A DNA stretch of 64,000 nt from Bdellovibrionales bacterium (GTDB lineage: Bacteria; Bdellovibrionota; Bdellovibrionia; Bdellovibrionales; UBA1609). The stretch's first letter is position 1, and every line of letters begins with the position of its first letter. This document shows positions 56,437-64,000 of this stretch, in pieces. Under the pieces are notes generated by a model, which did not search any database, was not told where the DNA came from, and worked only from the letters and a program-made list of their open reading frames with translations. The stretch covers positions 2,336,001 to 2,400,000 of the forward strand of contig OZ241329.1 of assembly GCA_965199825.1 (NCBI GenBank), in the 5' to 3' direction. Both the position numbers and the translations under genes were made by a program.

Positions 56437-57318
56437 TTACAGTTTAAGCCCAAGTGAAATTAGCAGTTCAGCGTTTATAATAAATGGCTTAGCGTTGGCC
56501 ATCGCGCCCAATCGAAATTCAGGTGCTAAGACAAACTGACCGTAATCGATATCGATACCAGTTGCCACCTGAACTAAATAATAATCTTTTAATGCCTCGC
56601 TGATCACTTGATATGTCGGAGTTCCATCTTGAACGGTTGCGGTCATCGATGTGGCATGATCGAGTTCGGCGCTGAAGCCAAACCAAAAAGCGGCTTCTGT
56701 TGACGGATAGTATTTAAGAAGTGCCCCCACCCCTAAGAAATTTTCCGAAACCATGGCCTGCGGAATGGTGGTCGGATTGACCCCATTTACAAAAGTGGCT
56801 GTCCCTTTGAGTTTTATGTTACGAAACGAAAGAAGGGGTCGAACCACCCATCGCGGATTGAGCGGAATTTCGAGATAAAGTTCAAATAGCGGAGCAAAAC
56901 TTTCGAGCGAGGCCACATCATAAGTGTTTGTTGTGGTATTGAATGTGGCTTGAAAAGATTTGGATCCTTGGTGGTTATAATTTCCGCCAGCAGAAATCCC
57001 AAAAGATCGCTCGCGTTTGACTTCAACGACCTCTTCGTTGGTCACATCATCGCGATCGCGGGTATAAGAAAATTTTAAGTTTTTAGCCACAATATAGCCA
57101 GGAACTCTTTTACCTTTAAACATCACCAATACTTTTTTGAAGCCGCCATAAGGATTGGGCGAGACCACCACCACATCGCCATGAGCGAGCTCTGAAATCA
57201 CCTTTGCGGATGCCGAGGGTTTTTCATAAACGGTTAAAGGCTCTTCAATATAAAGATCCAAAATGGCAAAACAGGGCGAAACAAATAAAGCGGTGACGGC
57301 CAATAATAATTTGCGCAA
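56437..57318 (-). CDS. Hypothetical exported protein: SH3-like N-domain plus probable beta-barrel
   Basis: Signal peptide; VY.KPS..AKVI..L..GD.V and GY.; amphipathic strands to the C-terminus. Confidence 0.6.
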   Translation of the reverse strand: MRKLLLAVTALFVSPCFAILDLYIEEPLTVYEKPSASAKVISELAHGDVVVVSPNPYGGFKKVLVMFKGKRVPGYIVAKNLKFSYTRDRDDVTNEEVVEVKRERSFGISAGGNYNHQGSKSFQATFNTTTNTYDVASLESFAPLFELYLEIPLNPRWVVRPLLSFRNIKLKGTATFVNGVNPTTIPQAMVSENFLGVGALLKYYPSTEAAFWFGFSAELDHATSMTATVQDGTPTYQVISEALKDYYLVQVATGIDIDYGQFVLAPEFRLGAMANAKPFIINAELLISLGLKL

Positions 57319-57432
57319 AGTTTAGATCTCCTCGTGAACAATAGTATGCGTAGAGAGAATCAAATCACGACAACCCCCTGAAAGCCATTTTAGAGTGCTT
57401 GACCTTTTGACACACTCAGACTAGATGCGGAC

Positions 57433-58014
57433 ATGGCAAAACTTCGAATTCAACCTCTCCAAATTTCTTTAAATGAAATTCCAAACCAAGGGAAAACTTA
57501 TCAATACACTCGCGAGTCTGCCGAGCTTGATAAAGCTTTTTCTGATTTGATTTTGCCACAGCAAAATTATTCGGTGGAAATCACGATCAAACCCATGGGA
57601 AATGTTTTCGAAATGCGTGGGAGTTTAAAAACCCAAATGCAAATTCCTTGTGCATTGTGTGGGATCGATCTTCCTCATCAAGTGGACGAAAACCTCCAAG
57701 AGATCTTGGTGATCGAGGAAAATTTGCCGCGGGCGGGCCACGAAGCCAAGGTCAACCATGTGCATGAACTTCATGAGGGACCTTCGGCACAAATGCTTGA
57801 GACCGAGATCTTTGATGTGGCCGAGTATCTTCATGAAATGCTTGCGCTCACAGTGCCAATTCGAAAGACTCGCGGCACCGAGTGTGAATCAGGATTTTGT
57901 TTAGAGCTTGAAGAATACGTTAAAAATGGATTGCTCACTCTTGATACCAAATCAAAAGGGACTGCGACCCATAATCCGTTTGGTGTCCTTCAGGGTTTAA
58001 AATTAAAAAGTTGA
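57433..58014 (+). CDS. yceD: YceD (DUF177) family protein
   Basis: CALC motif, E...L..P....C...C, NPF..L..LK; upstream of rpmF. Confidence 0.85.
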   Translation: MAKLRIQPLQISLNEIPNQGKTYQYTRESAELDKAFSDLILPQQNYSVEITIKPMGNVFEMRGSLKTQMQIPCALCGIDLPHQVDENLQEILVIEENLPRAGHEAKVNHVHELHEGPSAQMLETEIFDVAEYLHEMLALTVPIRKTRGTECESGFCLELEEYVKNGLLTLDTKSKGTATHNPFGVLQGLKLKS

Positions 58015-58086
58015 TTTTTAGATGATTTCGGGCAAATTTTAGCCAAATCAAAGAACACGTTCATCTCCAACGCTTAAGGATATCAT

Positions 58087-58266
58087 ATGCCTACCCCAAA
58101 GAAGAAGACGTCGCGATCTAAACGAGATATGCGCCGCTCTCATGATTCGATCTCAGCACCAAACGTTGTGTCATGTAACAACTGTAATGCGCTGACTCGT
58201 CCGCACCGTGTTTGTCCCACTTGCGGCTATTATAGAGGTAAAGAAATCGTCCAACCGCGCGCTTAA
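58087..58266 (+). CDS. rpmF: 50S ribosomal protein L32 (Zn-binding form)
   Basis: MPTPKKKTSRSKRDMRRSHDSISAPNVVSCNNCNALTRPHRVCPTCGYYRGKEIVQPRA*; missing from ORF track. Confidence 0.97.
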   Translation: MPTPKKKTSRSKRDMRRSHDSISAPNVVSCNNCNALTRPHRVCPTCGYYRGKEIVQPRA

Positions 58267-58292
58267 ATCATTTCATCGAAGCAGGTACAGCA

Positions 58293-59294
58293 GTGCGCAC
58301 ACAGGGTATCTTTCGGAGTAAAATCGCCGGAATCGGGTCCTATCTCCCCGAAAAAAGATTAACAAATTTTGACCTCGAAAAGCTTGTGGATACTAATAAC
58401 GAGTGGATCGTCAATCGCACGGGGATCCATTCGCGCCATATTGCGAGTGGTGATCAAGCCACAAGCGATTTGAGTTTGATTGCGGCTCAGCGGGCTATGG
58501 CCAAAGCCAATGTCGCCGCTCAAGATCTGGAAATGATCTTGGTGGCGACAGTTTCGCCCGACCACATTATGCCCAATACCGCGTGCATTCTTCAGGCAAA
58601 ACTGGGTGCTGGCAACTGCATGGCTGTCGATATTTCTGCGGCCTGTTCTGGTTTTGTTTATGGATTGTCGATTGCTGATCTGTATGTCACCACCGGAAAA
58701 TACAAAACGGTTTTGGTGATCGGTGCTGAAGTTTTGCATCCTTATGTGAATTACAAAGACCGCGAAACTTGTATTTTGTTTGGTGATGGTGCGGGGGCAG
58801 CGATTATTACTCGATCCAATGAGGGCGAACCCTCTGAATTGATTTCCTCTCATTGTCATGCCGACGGACAAATTTCTGATTTATTTATGCTACCTGCGGG
58901 TGGATCAAAAATTCCATTTTCCCAACATGTTTTAGATAACGACCTGCAATTTGTGAAGATGAAGGGTCGCGAAATTTTTAAAAATGCGGTTCGCACGATG
59001 TCGCTCAGTTGTGAAGAAGCTTTAAGGGCGAACAACATGACTGGAGCCGATGTGGATTGGCTCATTCCGCACCAAGCCAACGCACGTATTGTTGAAGCTG
59101 TGGCCAAACATTTTGGCATTCCGATGACCAAAGTGATTTTAGAAATTGCTGATATGGGGAACACTTCGGCTGCAACAATTCCTGCAGCCTTTGATATTGC
59201 GATTCAAGACGGGCGCATCAAGCGCGGAGATACCATACTGCTCACCGCTTTCGGCGCTGGAATCACCAGCGGAAGCTTTTTGTTGAGGTATTAA
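58293..59294 (+). CDS. fabH: 3-oxoacyl-ACP synthase III
   Basis: AACSGF, LFGDGAGA, PHQAN.RI, GNTSAA. Confidence 0.96.
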   Translation: MRTQGIFRSKIAGIGSYLPEKRLTNFDLEKLVDTNNEWIVNRTGIHSRHIASGDQATSDLSLIAAQRAMAKANVAAQDLEMILVATVSPDHIMPNTACILQAKLGAGNCMAVDISAACSGFVYGLSIADLYVTTGKYKTVLVIGAEVLHPYVNYKDRETCILFGDGAGAAIITRSNEGEPSELISSHCHADGQISDLFMLPAGGSKIPFSQHVLDNDLQFVKMKGREIFKNAVRTMSLSCEEALRANNMTGADVDWLIPHQANARIVEAVAKHFGIPMTKVILEIADMGNTSAATIPAAFDIAIQDGRIKRGDTILLTAFGAGITSGSFLLRY

Positions 59295-59299
59295 TTAAA

Positions 59300-60247
59300 A
59301 TGGCTGTGGCGATGTTTCCCGGTCAAGGCTCGCAATCTGTGGGTATGGGTAAAGACCTTTACGACAATTTTAGTTTGAGCCAACGTGCGTTTGAAGAAGC
59401 CTCAGATACTCTATCGATAAACTTTAAAAAATTATTATTTGATGGCCCGGAAGATCAACTTCAGCTGACCGAAAATGCTCAGCCCGCCCTTCTTTTGACC
59501 TCGTTTGCTGCTTTTGCAATTATCGAAGACGAATATGGATTTATGCCTGAGAGTTCAAGTGGACATTCGGTTGGAGAATTTGCCGCATTTGTGGCGGCAA
59601 AAGTGATTTCGTTTTCTTATGCTTTAAAAGCCGTGAGGCTTCGGGGTGAAGCAATGCAATCAGCAGTACCGCTCGGCAAGGGCGGGATGCTTGCGGTGAT
59701 GGGCCTTGAGGCCCAAAAAGTTCATGAGCTTTGTGAATATGTGGTCAAGCAAAGTGGGCATGCCCCGCTTGAAGTTGCAAATTACAACACTCCCCAACAG
59801 ACGGTGATCTCAGGAAATATTTTAGCTATTGAGTGGATTTTAAATAACGATCTTAAAGAATTTTTAAAAACACAAAAACCAAAATTTATTCGACTTAAAG
59901 TTTCGGCACCCTTTCATTGTTCAATGATGAAACCTGCCGAAAAAAAATTAAGCCATTTTTTTTCAAATGACACGTTTGAAACTCCTCGGTTTCCGATTGT
60001 TCAAAACGTCACAGCCTGTGCCTCTGAAAATACGGAGGACTTAAAAAATAATCTGATCCACCAAGTCTCCTCACCGGTAAGATGGGTCGAGTGTGTCGAA
60101 CAACTCAAAACCACAAGTTCGATCGGGTTTGAATTTGGATCGGGCCGCGTGCTTCAAGGTTTGATCAAAAAGATTTCTCCTGATTTTAAGGTGATCTCGA
60201 TTGGCACAACCGATGACGTGAGGAATTTTAAAAATTATGAGCTTTAA
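59300..60247 (+). CDS. fabD: Malonyl CoA-ACP transacylase
   Basis: FPGQGSQ, GHSVGE, VSAPFH. Confidence 0.96.
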   Translation: MAVAMFPGQGSQSVGMGKDLYDNFSLSQRAFEEASDTLSINFKKLLFDGPEDQLQLTENAQPALLLTSFAAFAIIEDEYGFMPESSSGHSVGEFAAFVAAKVISFSYALKAVRLRGEAMQSAVPLGKGGMLAVMGLEAQKVHELCEYVVKQSGHAPLEVANYNTPQQTVISGNILAIEWILNNDLKEFLKTQKPKFIRLKVSAPFHCSMMKPAEKKLSHFFSNDTFETPRFPIVQNVTACASENTEDLKNNLIHQVSSPVRWVECVEQLKTTSSIGFEFGSGRVLQGLIKKISPDFKVISIGTTDDVRNFKNYEL

Positions 60248-60974
60248 AGGGAAAAATATTTTTGTTACCGGCGGATCGCGCGGAATCGGTCGTGGCTTGG
60301 TGAAAGGTTTGGCAGAGCTTGGGGCTCGTGTTGGATTTTCTTATAGTTCTCAGGTGGAGCAAGCCAATGAAGTTTTGGAGTCTCTTCCGGGTGAAGATCA
60401 TTTTTGTTTACAGATGAATATTGCAGATAGTGAATCTGTTCAAAAAGGCTTTAGTCAAATTTTTGAAAAATTCGGCAGCTTGAATGGGCTTGTGAATAAT
60501 GCCGGTATGACCCGCGATCAACTTCTTTTGCGAATGAAGGAAGAGGATTTCGACCAAGTGATCACTACGAATCTCCGCGGTACATTTTTGTGTTGCAAAC
60601 ATGCGGTTAAAAATATGATTCGGTCGCGCAAAGGATCTATCGTCAATATCACAAGTGTGATTGGCTCGATGGGCAACCCGGGGCAGAGTAATTATGCAGC
60701 GAGTAAAGCGGGCGTTGAAGGCTTCTCGCGGGCTTTGGCTCTCGAAATTGGGTCACGTCAAGTGCGAGTCAACTGTGTCGCACCAGGATTTATCGTGACC
60801 GAAATGACAGAGAGCCTTGATGATCAGCAAAAAAACAGTATCTTAACAAAAGTCCCGTTGAATCGAATCGGCAAAGCCGAAGATGTTTTGGGTGCGGTGG
60901 CGTTTTTGTTGTCGGATGACGCTGACTACATCACCGGCCAAACACTTCATGTTAACGGCGGCCTTTACTTATAA
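60237..60974 (+). CDS. fabG: 3-oxoacyl-ACP reductase
   Basis: TGGSRGIG, NNAG.TRD, YAASK, GQTLHVNGG. Confidence 0.96.
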   Translation: MSFKGKNIFVTGGSRGIGRGLVKGLAELGARVGFSYSSQVEQANEVLESLPGEDHFCLQMNIADSESVQKGFSQIFEKFGSLNGLVNNAGMTRDQLLLRMKEEDFDQVITTNLRGTFLCCKHAVKNMIRSRKGSIVNITSVIGSMGNPGQSNYAASKAGVEGFSRALALEIGSRQVRVNCVAPGFIVTEMTESLDDQQKNSILTKVPLNRIGKAEDVLGAVAFLLSDDADYITGQTLHVNGGLYL

Positions 60975-60997
60975 ACTTTTAAACAAGAGGAGAAATC

Positions 60998-61234
60998 ATG
61001 TCCGTGCAACCTAGAGTAAAAAAAATTATTGAAGAACAACTCGGTGTCGAACCCGATCGCGTAAAACCCGAGGCTTCGTTTATTGACGACTTAGGTGCGG
61101 ACAGTCTCGACATTGTTGAGCTTGTGATGGCAATGGAAGAAGAATTCGATATCGAAATTCCAGACGAAGAAGCCGAAAAATTAAAAACAGTTCAGGATGT
61201 AATGAAGTATCTTGAGAGCAAAGGGAAAGCTTAA
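60998..61234 (+). CDS. acpP: Acyl carrier protein
   Basis: [19 protein letters not shown]. Confidence 0.98.
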   Translation: MSVQPRVKKIIEEQLGVEPDRVKPEASFIDDLGADSLDIVELVMAMEEEFDIEIPDEEAEKLKTVQDVMKYLESKGKA

Positions 61235-61242
61235 AATCCTTT

Positions 61243-62502
61243 ATGGGAGTCTACACCCGTAAGGCCATAGAAAATCGGCGCGTGGTGGTGACAGGCATGG
61301 GATGTCTCTCACCTCTCGGTCATAATGTGACCGACACGTGGAATGGATTGATCAATGGGCGATCAGGAATAGATCGCATCACCCTTTTTGATACCAAGGA
61401 TTTTGATACCCAATTTGCTGGTGAAGTTAAAAATTTTAATCCCGATTTGTATGTGGCCAAAAAAGAGCAAAAAAAAATGGATCGTTTTGTCCAGTTTGCA
61501 TTGGCCTCTGCAAAAATGGCGATCGAAGATTCAGGATTTGATCAACTGCCCGCTCATCGCACCGGAGTGATCGTTGGTGTAGGAATTGGCGGATTGCCGC
61601 TGATCGAAAAAAATCGCGACATCTTGAGCGAGAGAGGTCCTTCAAGAATTTCGCCTTTTTTTATTCCTGCGGTGATTACCAATTTAGCCTCTGGCCAAAT
61701 CAGTATTGAACATAAAATTAAAGGCCCCAATTTTTCGGTGACCAGTGCGTGCGCCACAGGAGCACATTCGATTGGCGAAGCGGCTCATTATATTCGTCGC
61801 GGCCAAATGGATGTGATGATTGCCGGTGGTTCTGAAGCGACCATTTGTCCTTTGGCGGTTGCCGGATTCAATTCCATGAAGGCACTTTCGACCAGAAACG
61901 AATCGCCCGCTCAAGCTTCAAGACCTTGGGATCGTGACCGCGATGGATTTGTTTTGAGTGAAGGTTCGGCCACTTTGGTTTTAGAAGACTATGAACATGC
62001 GGCCAGGCGCGGAGCACGCATTTATGCCGAGCTTACGGGCTACGGCGTTTCGAGCGATGCCTTTCACATGACTGGTCCCTCTGCGGATGGTGAAGGTGCA
62101 GCTCTTGCAATGGCGATGGCGCTTCAAGAGGCTTCACTTTCCAAGGAAGAGATTGGCTATATCAACGCCCACGGCACCAGTACTCCTTTAGGCGATGAAA
62201 TTGAGACCGCAGCGATAAAAAGAGTATTTGGAGCGCATTCAAAAAAACTACTGGTGAGTTCGACAAAGAGCATGACAGGGCACACCTTGGGAGCTGCCGG
62301 AGCGCTTGAAAGTGTATTTTGTATTCAGGCTTTATTAAATGGATTGGTTCCCCCGACCATTAACCTCGAAAATCCAAGCAGTGATTGTGATTTGGATTAT
62401 GTTCCGTTAAAAGCTCGAGAGACGAAGCTTAAATCTGTTTTGAATAACAGTTTTGGTTTTGGCGGAACGAACTCATGCCTTATATTTTCTAAACTGGATT
62501 AA
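61243..62502 (+). CDS. fabF: 3-oxoacyl-ACP synthase II
   Basis: SACATG, NAHGTST, KSMTGH.LGAAG, NSFGFGG. Confidence 0.97.
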   Translation: MGVYTRKAIENRRVVVTGMGCLSPLGHNVTDTWNGLINGRSGIDRITLFDTKDFDTQFAGEVKNFNPDLYVAKKEQKKMDRFVQFALASAKMAIEDSGFDQLPAHRTGVIVGVGIGGLPLIEKNRDILSERGPSRISPFFIPAVITNLASGQISIEHKIKGPNFSVTSACATGAHSIGEAAHYIRRGQMDVMIAGGSEATICPLAVAGFNSMKALSTRNESPAQASRPWDRDRDGFVLSEGSATLVLEDYEHAARRGARIYAELTGYGVSSDAFHMTGPSADGEGAALAMAMALQEASLSKEEIGYINAHGTSTPLGDEIETAAIKRVFGAHSKKLLVSSTKSMTGHTLGAAGALESVFCIQALLNGLVPPTINLENPSSDCDLDYVPLKARETKLKSVLNNSFGFGGTNSCLIFSKLD

Positions 62503-62505
62503 TTT

Positions 62506-62940
62506 ATGGTCTATATGGCGGCCGATCACGCGGGTTTTGAACTCAAACAAAACTTGGTTCAAAGCCTATCATTTGAGATAAAAGATCTTGGGACCTCAAG
62601 TCCCGCTTCAGTCGATTACCCCGATTACGCAGATCGAATGGCCAAGGCGATAAAGTCGGATTTAGAAAGTAAAGGCGTTTTGATTTGTGGTTCGGGACAA
62701 GGAATGGCCATACGAGCAAATCGCTTTCCATTTATTAGAGCGGCTTTGTGTTTTGATGAACAACAAGCCTCTTTAAGCCGCGAGCACAATGATGCAAATG
62801 TTTTATGTTTAGCTGCGCGACTCATCACGTTCGAGCAGGCTAAAAAAATTATCGATGCGTTTTTGAATACTGAATTTGCACACGGGCGGCACGAAGCACG
62901 AGTAAACAAATTAAATTTTCCCATTAAAGGCGAATCATGA
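62506..62940 (+). CDS. rpiB: Ribose-5-phosphate isomerase B
   Basis: ADHAG, DYPD, CGSGQG, HNDANVL, GRH..R. Confidence 0.95.
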   Translation: MVYMAADHAGFELKQNLVQSLSFEIKDLGTSSPASVDYPDYADRMAKAIKSDLESKGVLICGSGQGMAIRANRFPFIRAALCFDEQQASLSREHNDANVLCLAARLITFEQAKKIIDAFLNTEFAHGRHEARVNKLNFPIKGES

Positions 62941-64000
62941 CAGAAACACACGACCCCGAACTTTTTGGATTTTTACAAAAAGAAACTCAGCGCCAAGAGT
63001 ACGGCCTAGAAATGATCGCTTCAGAAAACTATGCCTCAAAGGCTGTGATGGCTGCCCAAGGCACAATTCTCACAAACAAATACGCCGAGGGTTATCCGGG
63101 CAAGCGCTATTATGGCGGTTGCGAATTTGTGGATCAAATCGAAACGCTTGCAATTGAGAGATTAAAAAAATTGTTCAATGTTGGCTTTGCCAATGTGCAG
63201 CCGCATTCGGGCTCGGGCGCAAATATGGCAATTTATCTCGCTTTTTTAAAGGCGGGCGAAAAAGTTTTGGGAATGGACCTCTCCCACGGCGGCCACTTGA
63301 CCCATGGATCACCAGTTAATTTTAGCGGCATTCTTTATGAAGCATCTGCCTATGGAATTGATCCCGAGACTGAGCGTCTCGACTATGATCAAATCCGAGA
63401 GATTGCAAAAAAAAATCAACCCAAAATGATCATTGCCGGCTACAGCGCTTATCCACGCACCCTCGACTTTGAAGCTTTCAGTAGCATTGCCAAAGAAGTG
63501 AATGCTTTATTACTTGTTGATATGGCCCATTTTGCGGGGCTTGTGGCTGGTGGTGTTCACCCCTCGCCTGTTGGATTTGCAGATGTGATTACAACGACCA
63601 CACACAAAACCTTGCGGGGTCCACGTGGTGGAGCGATCATGACGTCGTCTGAAGCCATGGCCAAAAAGATAAATTCAAAAATTTTTCCAGGCATTCAAGG
63701 TGGACCTCTTGAGCATGTGATTGCGGCGAAGGCTGTGGCTTTTCGCGAAGCCCTTGATCCAAAATTTAAAATCTATGCCCAACAAATTGTTAACAACGCA
63801 AAAAGCCTGGCCGAAACTTTGATGAGCGAGGGTTTAAAGCTGGTGTCCAACGGCACCGACAACCATTTGGTTTTGATCGACTTAAGCGATCTCGAAATTA
63901 CGGGTAAAGACCTAGAGGATGCTCTGGAGCACGCAGGAATCACGGTAAACAAAAATACTGTACCCAAAGAAAAACGCTCGCCCTTTGTTACCAGCGGCGT
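62937..64000 (+). CDS. glyA: Serine hydroxymethyltransferase, truncated by window end
   Basis: ATG 62937; [50 protein letters not shown]; missing from ORF track. Confidence 0.97.
   Translation, partial: MTETHDPELFGFLQKETQRQEYGLEMIASENYASKAVMAAQGTILTNKYAEGYPGKRYYGGCEFVDQIETLAIERLKKLFNVGFANVQPHSGSGANMAIYLAFLKAGEKVLGMDLSHGGHLTHGSPVNFSGILYEASAYGIDPETERLDYDQIREIAKKNQPKMIIAGYSAYPRTLDFEAFSSIAKEVNALLLVDMAHFAGLVAGGVHPSPVGFADVITTTTHKTLRGPRGGAIMTSSEAMAKKINSKIFPGIQGGPLEHVIAAKAVAFREALDPKFKIYAQQIVNNAKSLAETLMSEGLKLVSNGTDNHLVLIDLSDLEITGKDLEDALEHAGITVNKNTVPKEKRSPFVTSG

Noticed and set aside
1409..63967. Many 60-170 aa ORFs antisense or out of frame within recognised genes (e.g. 18336-18767, 48120-48638, 58359-58871)
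   Set aside because: Shadow ORFs of well-supported genes with no motifs
1..64000. CRISPR array, cas genes, prophage, rRNA
   Set aside because: No regularly spaced repeat-spacer array and no recognisable cas, phage structural or rRNA sequence seen

Overview
Compact chromosomal segment that most resembles a Bdellovibrionota (Bdellovibrio-like predator). This assignment is inferred from the Agl/Glt-type TPR-TolQR cluster, (Y/F)-x-N/S-C signal peptides and lineage-typical hypothetical genes. The window carries a canonical XerCD dif-like site at 37691-37718, so it probably spans the replication terminus. Housekeeping content: ridA (partial), lolC/E, dapD/lysC/lysA, murI, tRNA-Leu(TAA), hisS, ltaE, sodB, queG, cca, sufE, yebC, tesA-ybbA-ybbP, bamB/yfgM, ldh, yceD-rpmF-fabHDG-acpP-fabF-rpiB-glyA (no plsX). 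Accessory content: an Ig-repeat/LruC surface protein, a frameshifted IS1-like element with 24-bp perfect terminal inverted repeats, and a CLC-F-type exporter. The most unusual signals are four. (1) Two tandem signal-peptide proteins each appear to be built of four Phd/YefM antitoxin-like domains (8918-10346). (2) A module 7.5 kb from dif holds a catalytic-domain-only tyrosine recombinase, a divergent membrane-anchored HTH protein, and a spacer with phased repeats, a dif-like palindrome and an IHF-like site (44538-45875). (3) A stand-alone structured transcript encodes a 15-aa peptide behind a 12-nt Shine-Dalgarno (about 32090-32298). (4) A ~60-nt CsrA/RsmA-sponge-like sRNA lies at about 35981-36043. 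All family assignments were made by eye; no searches were run.
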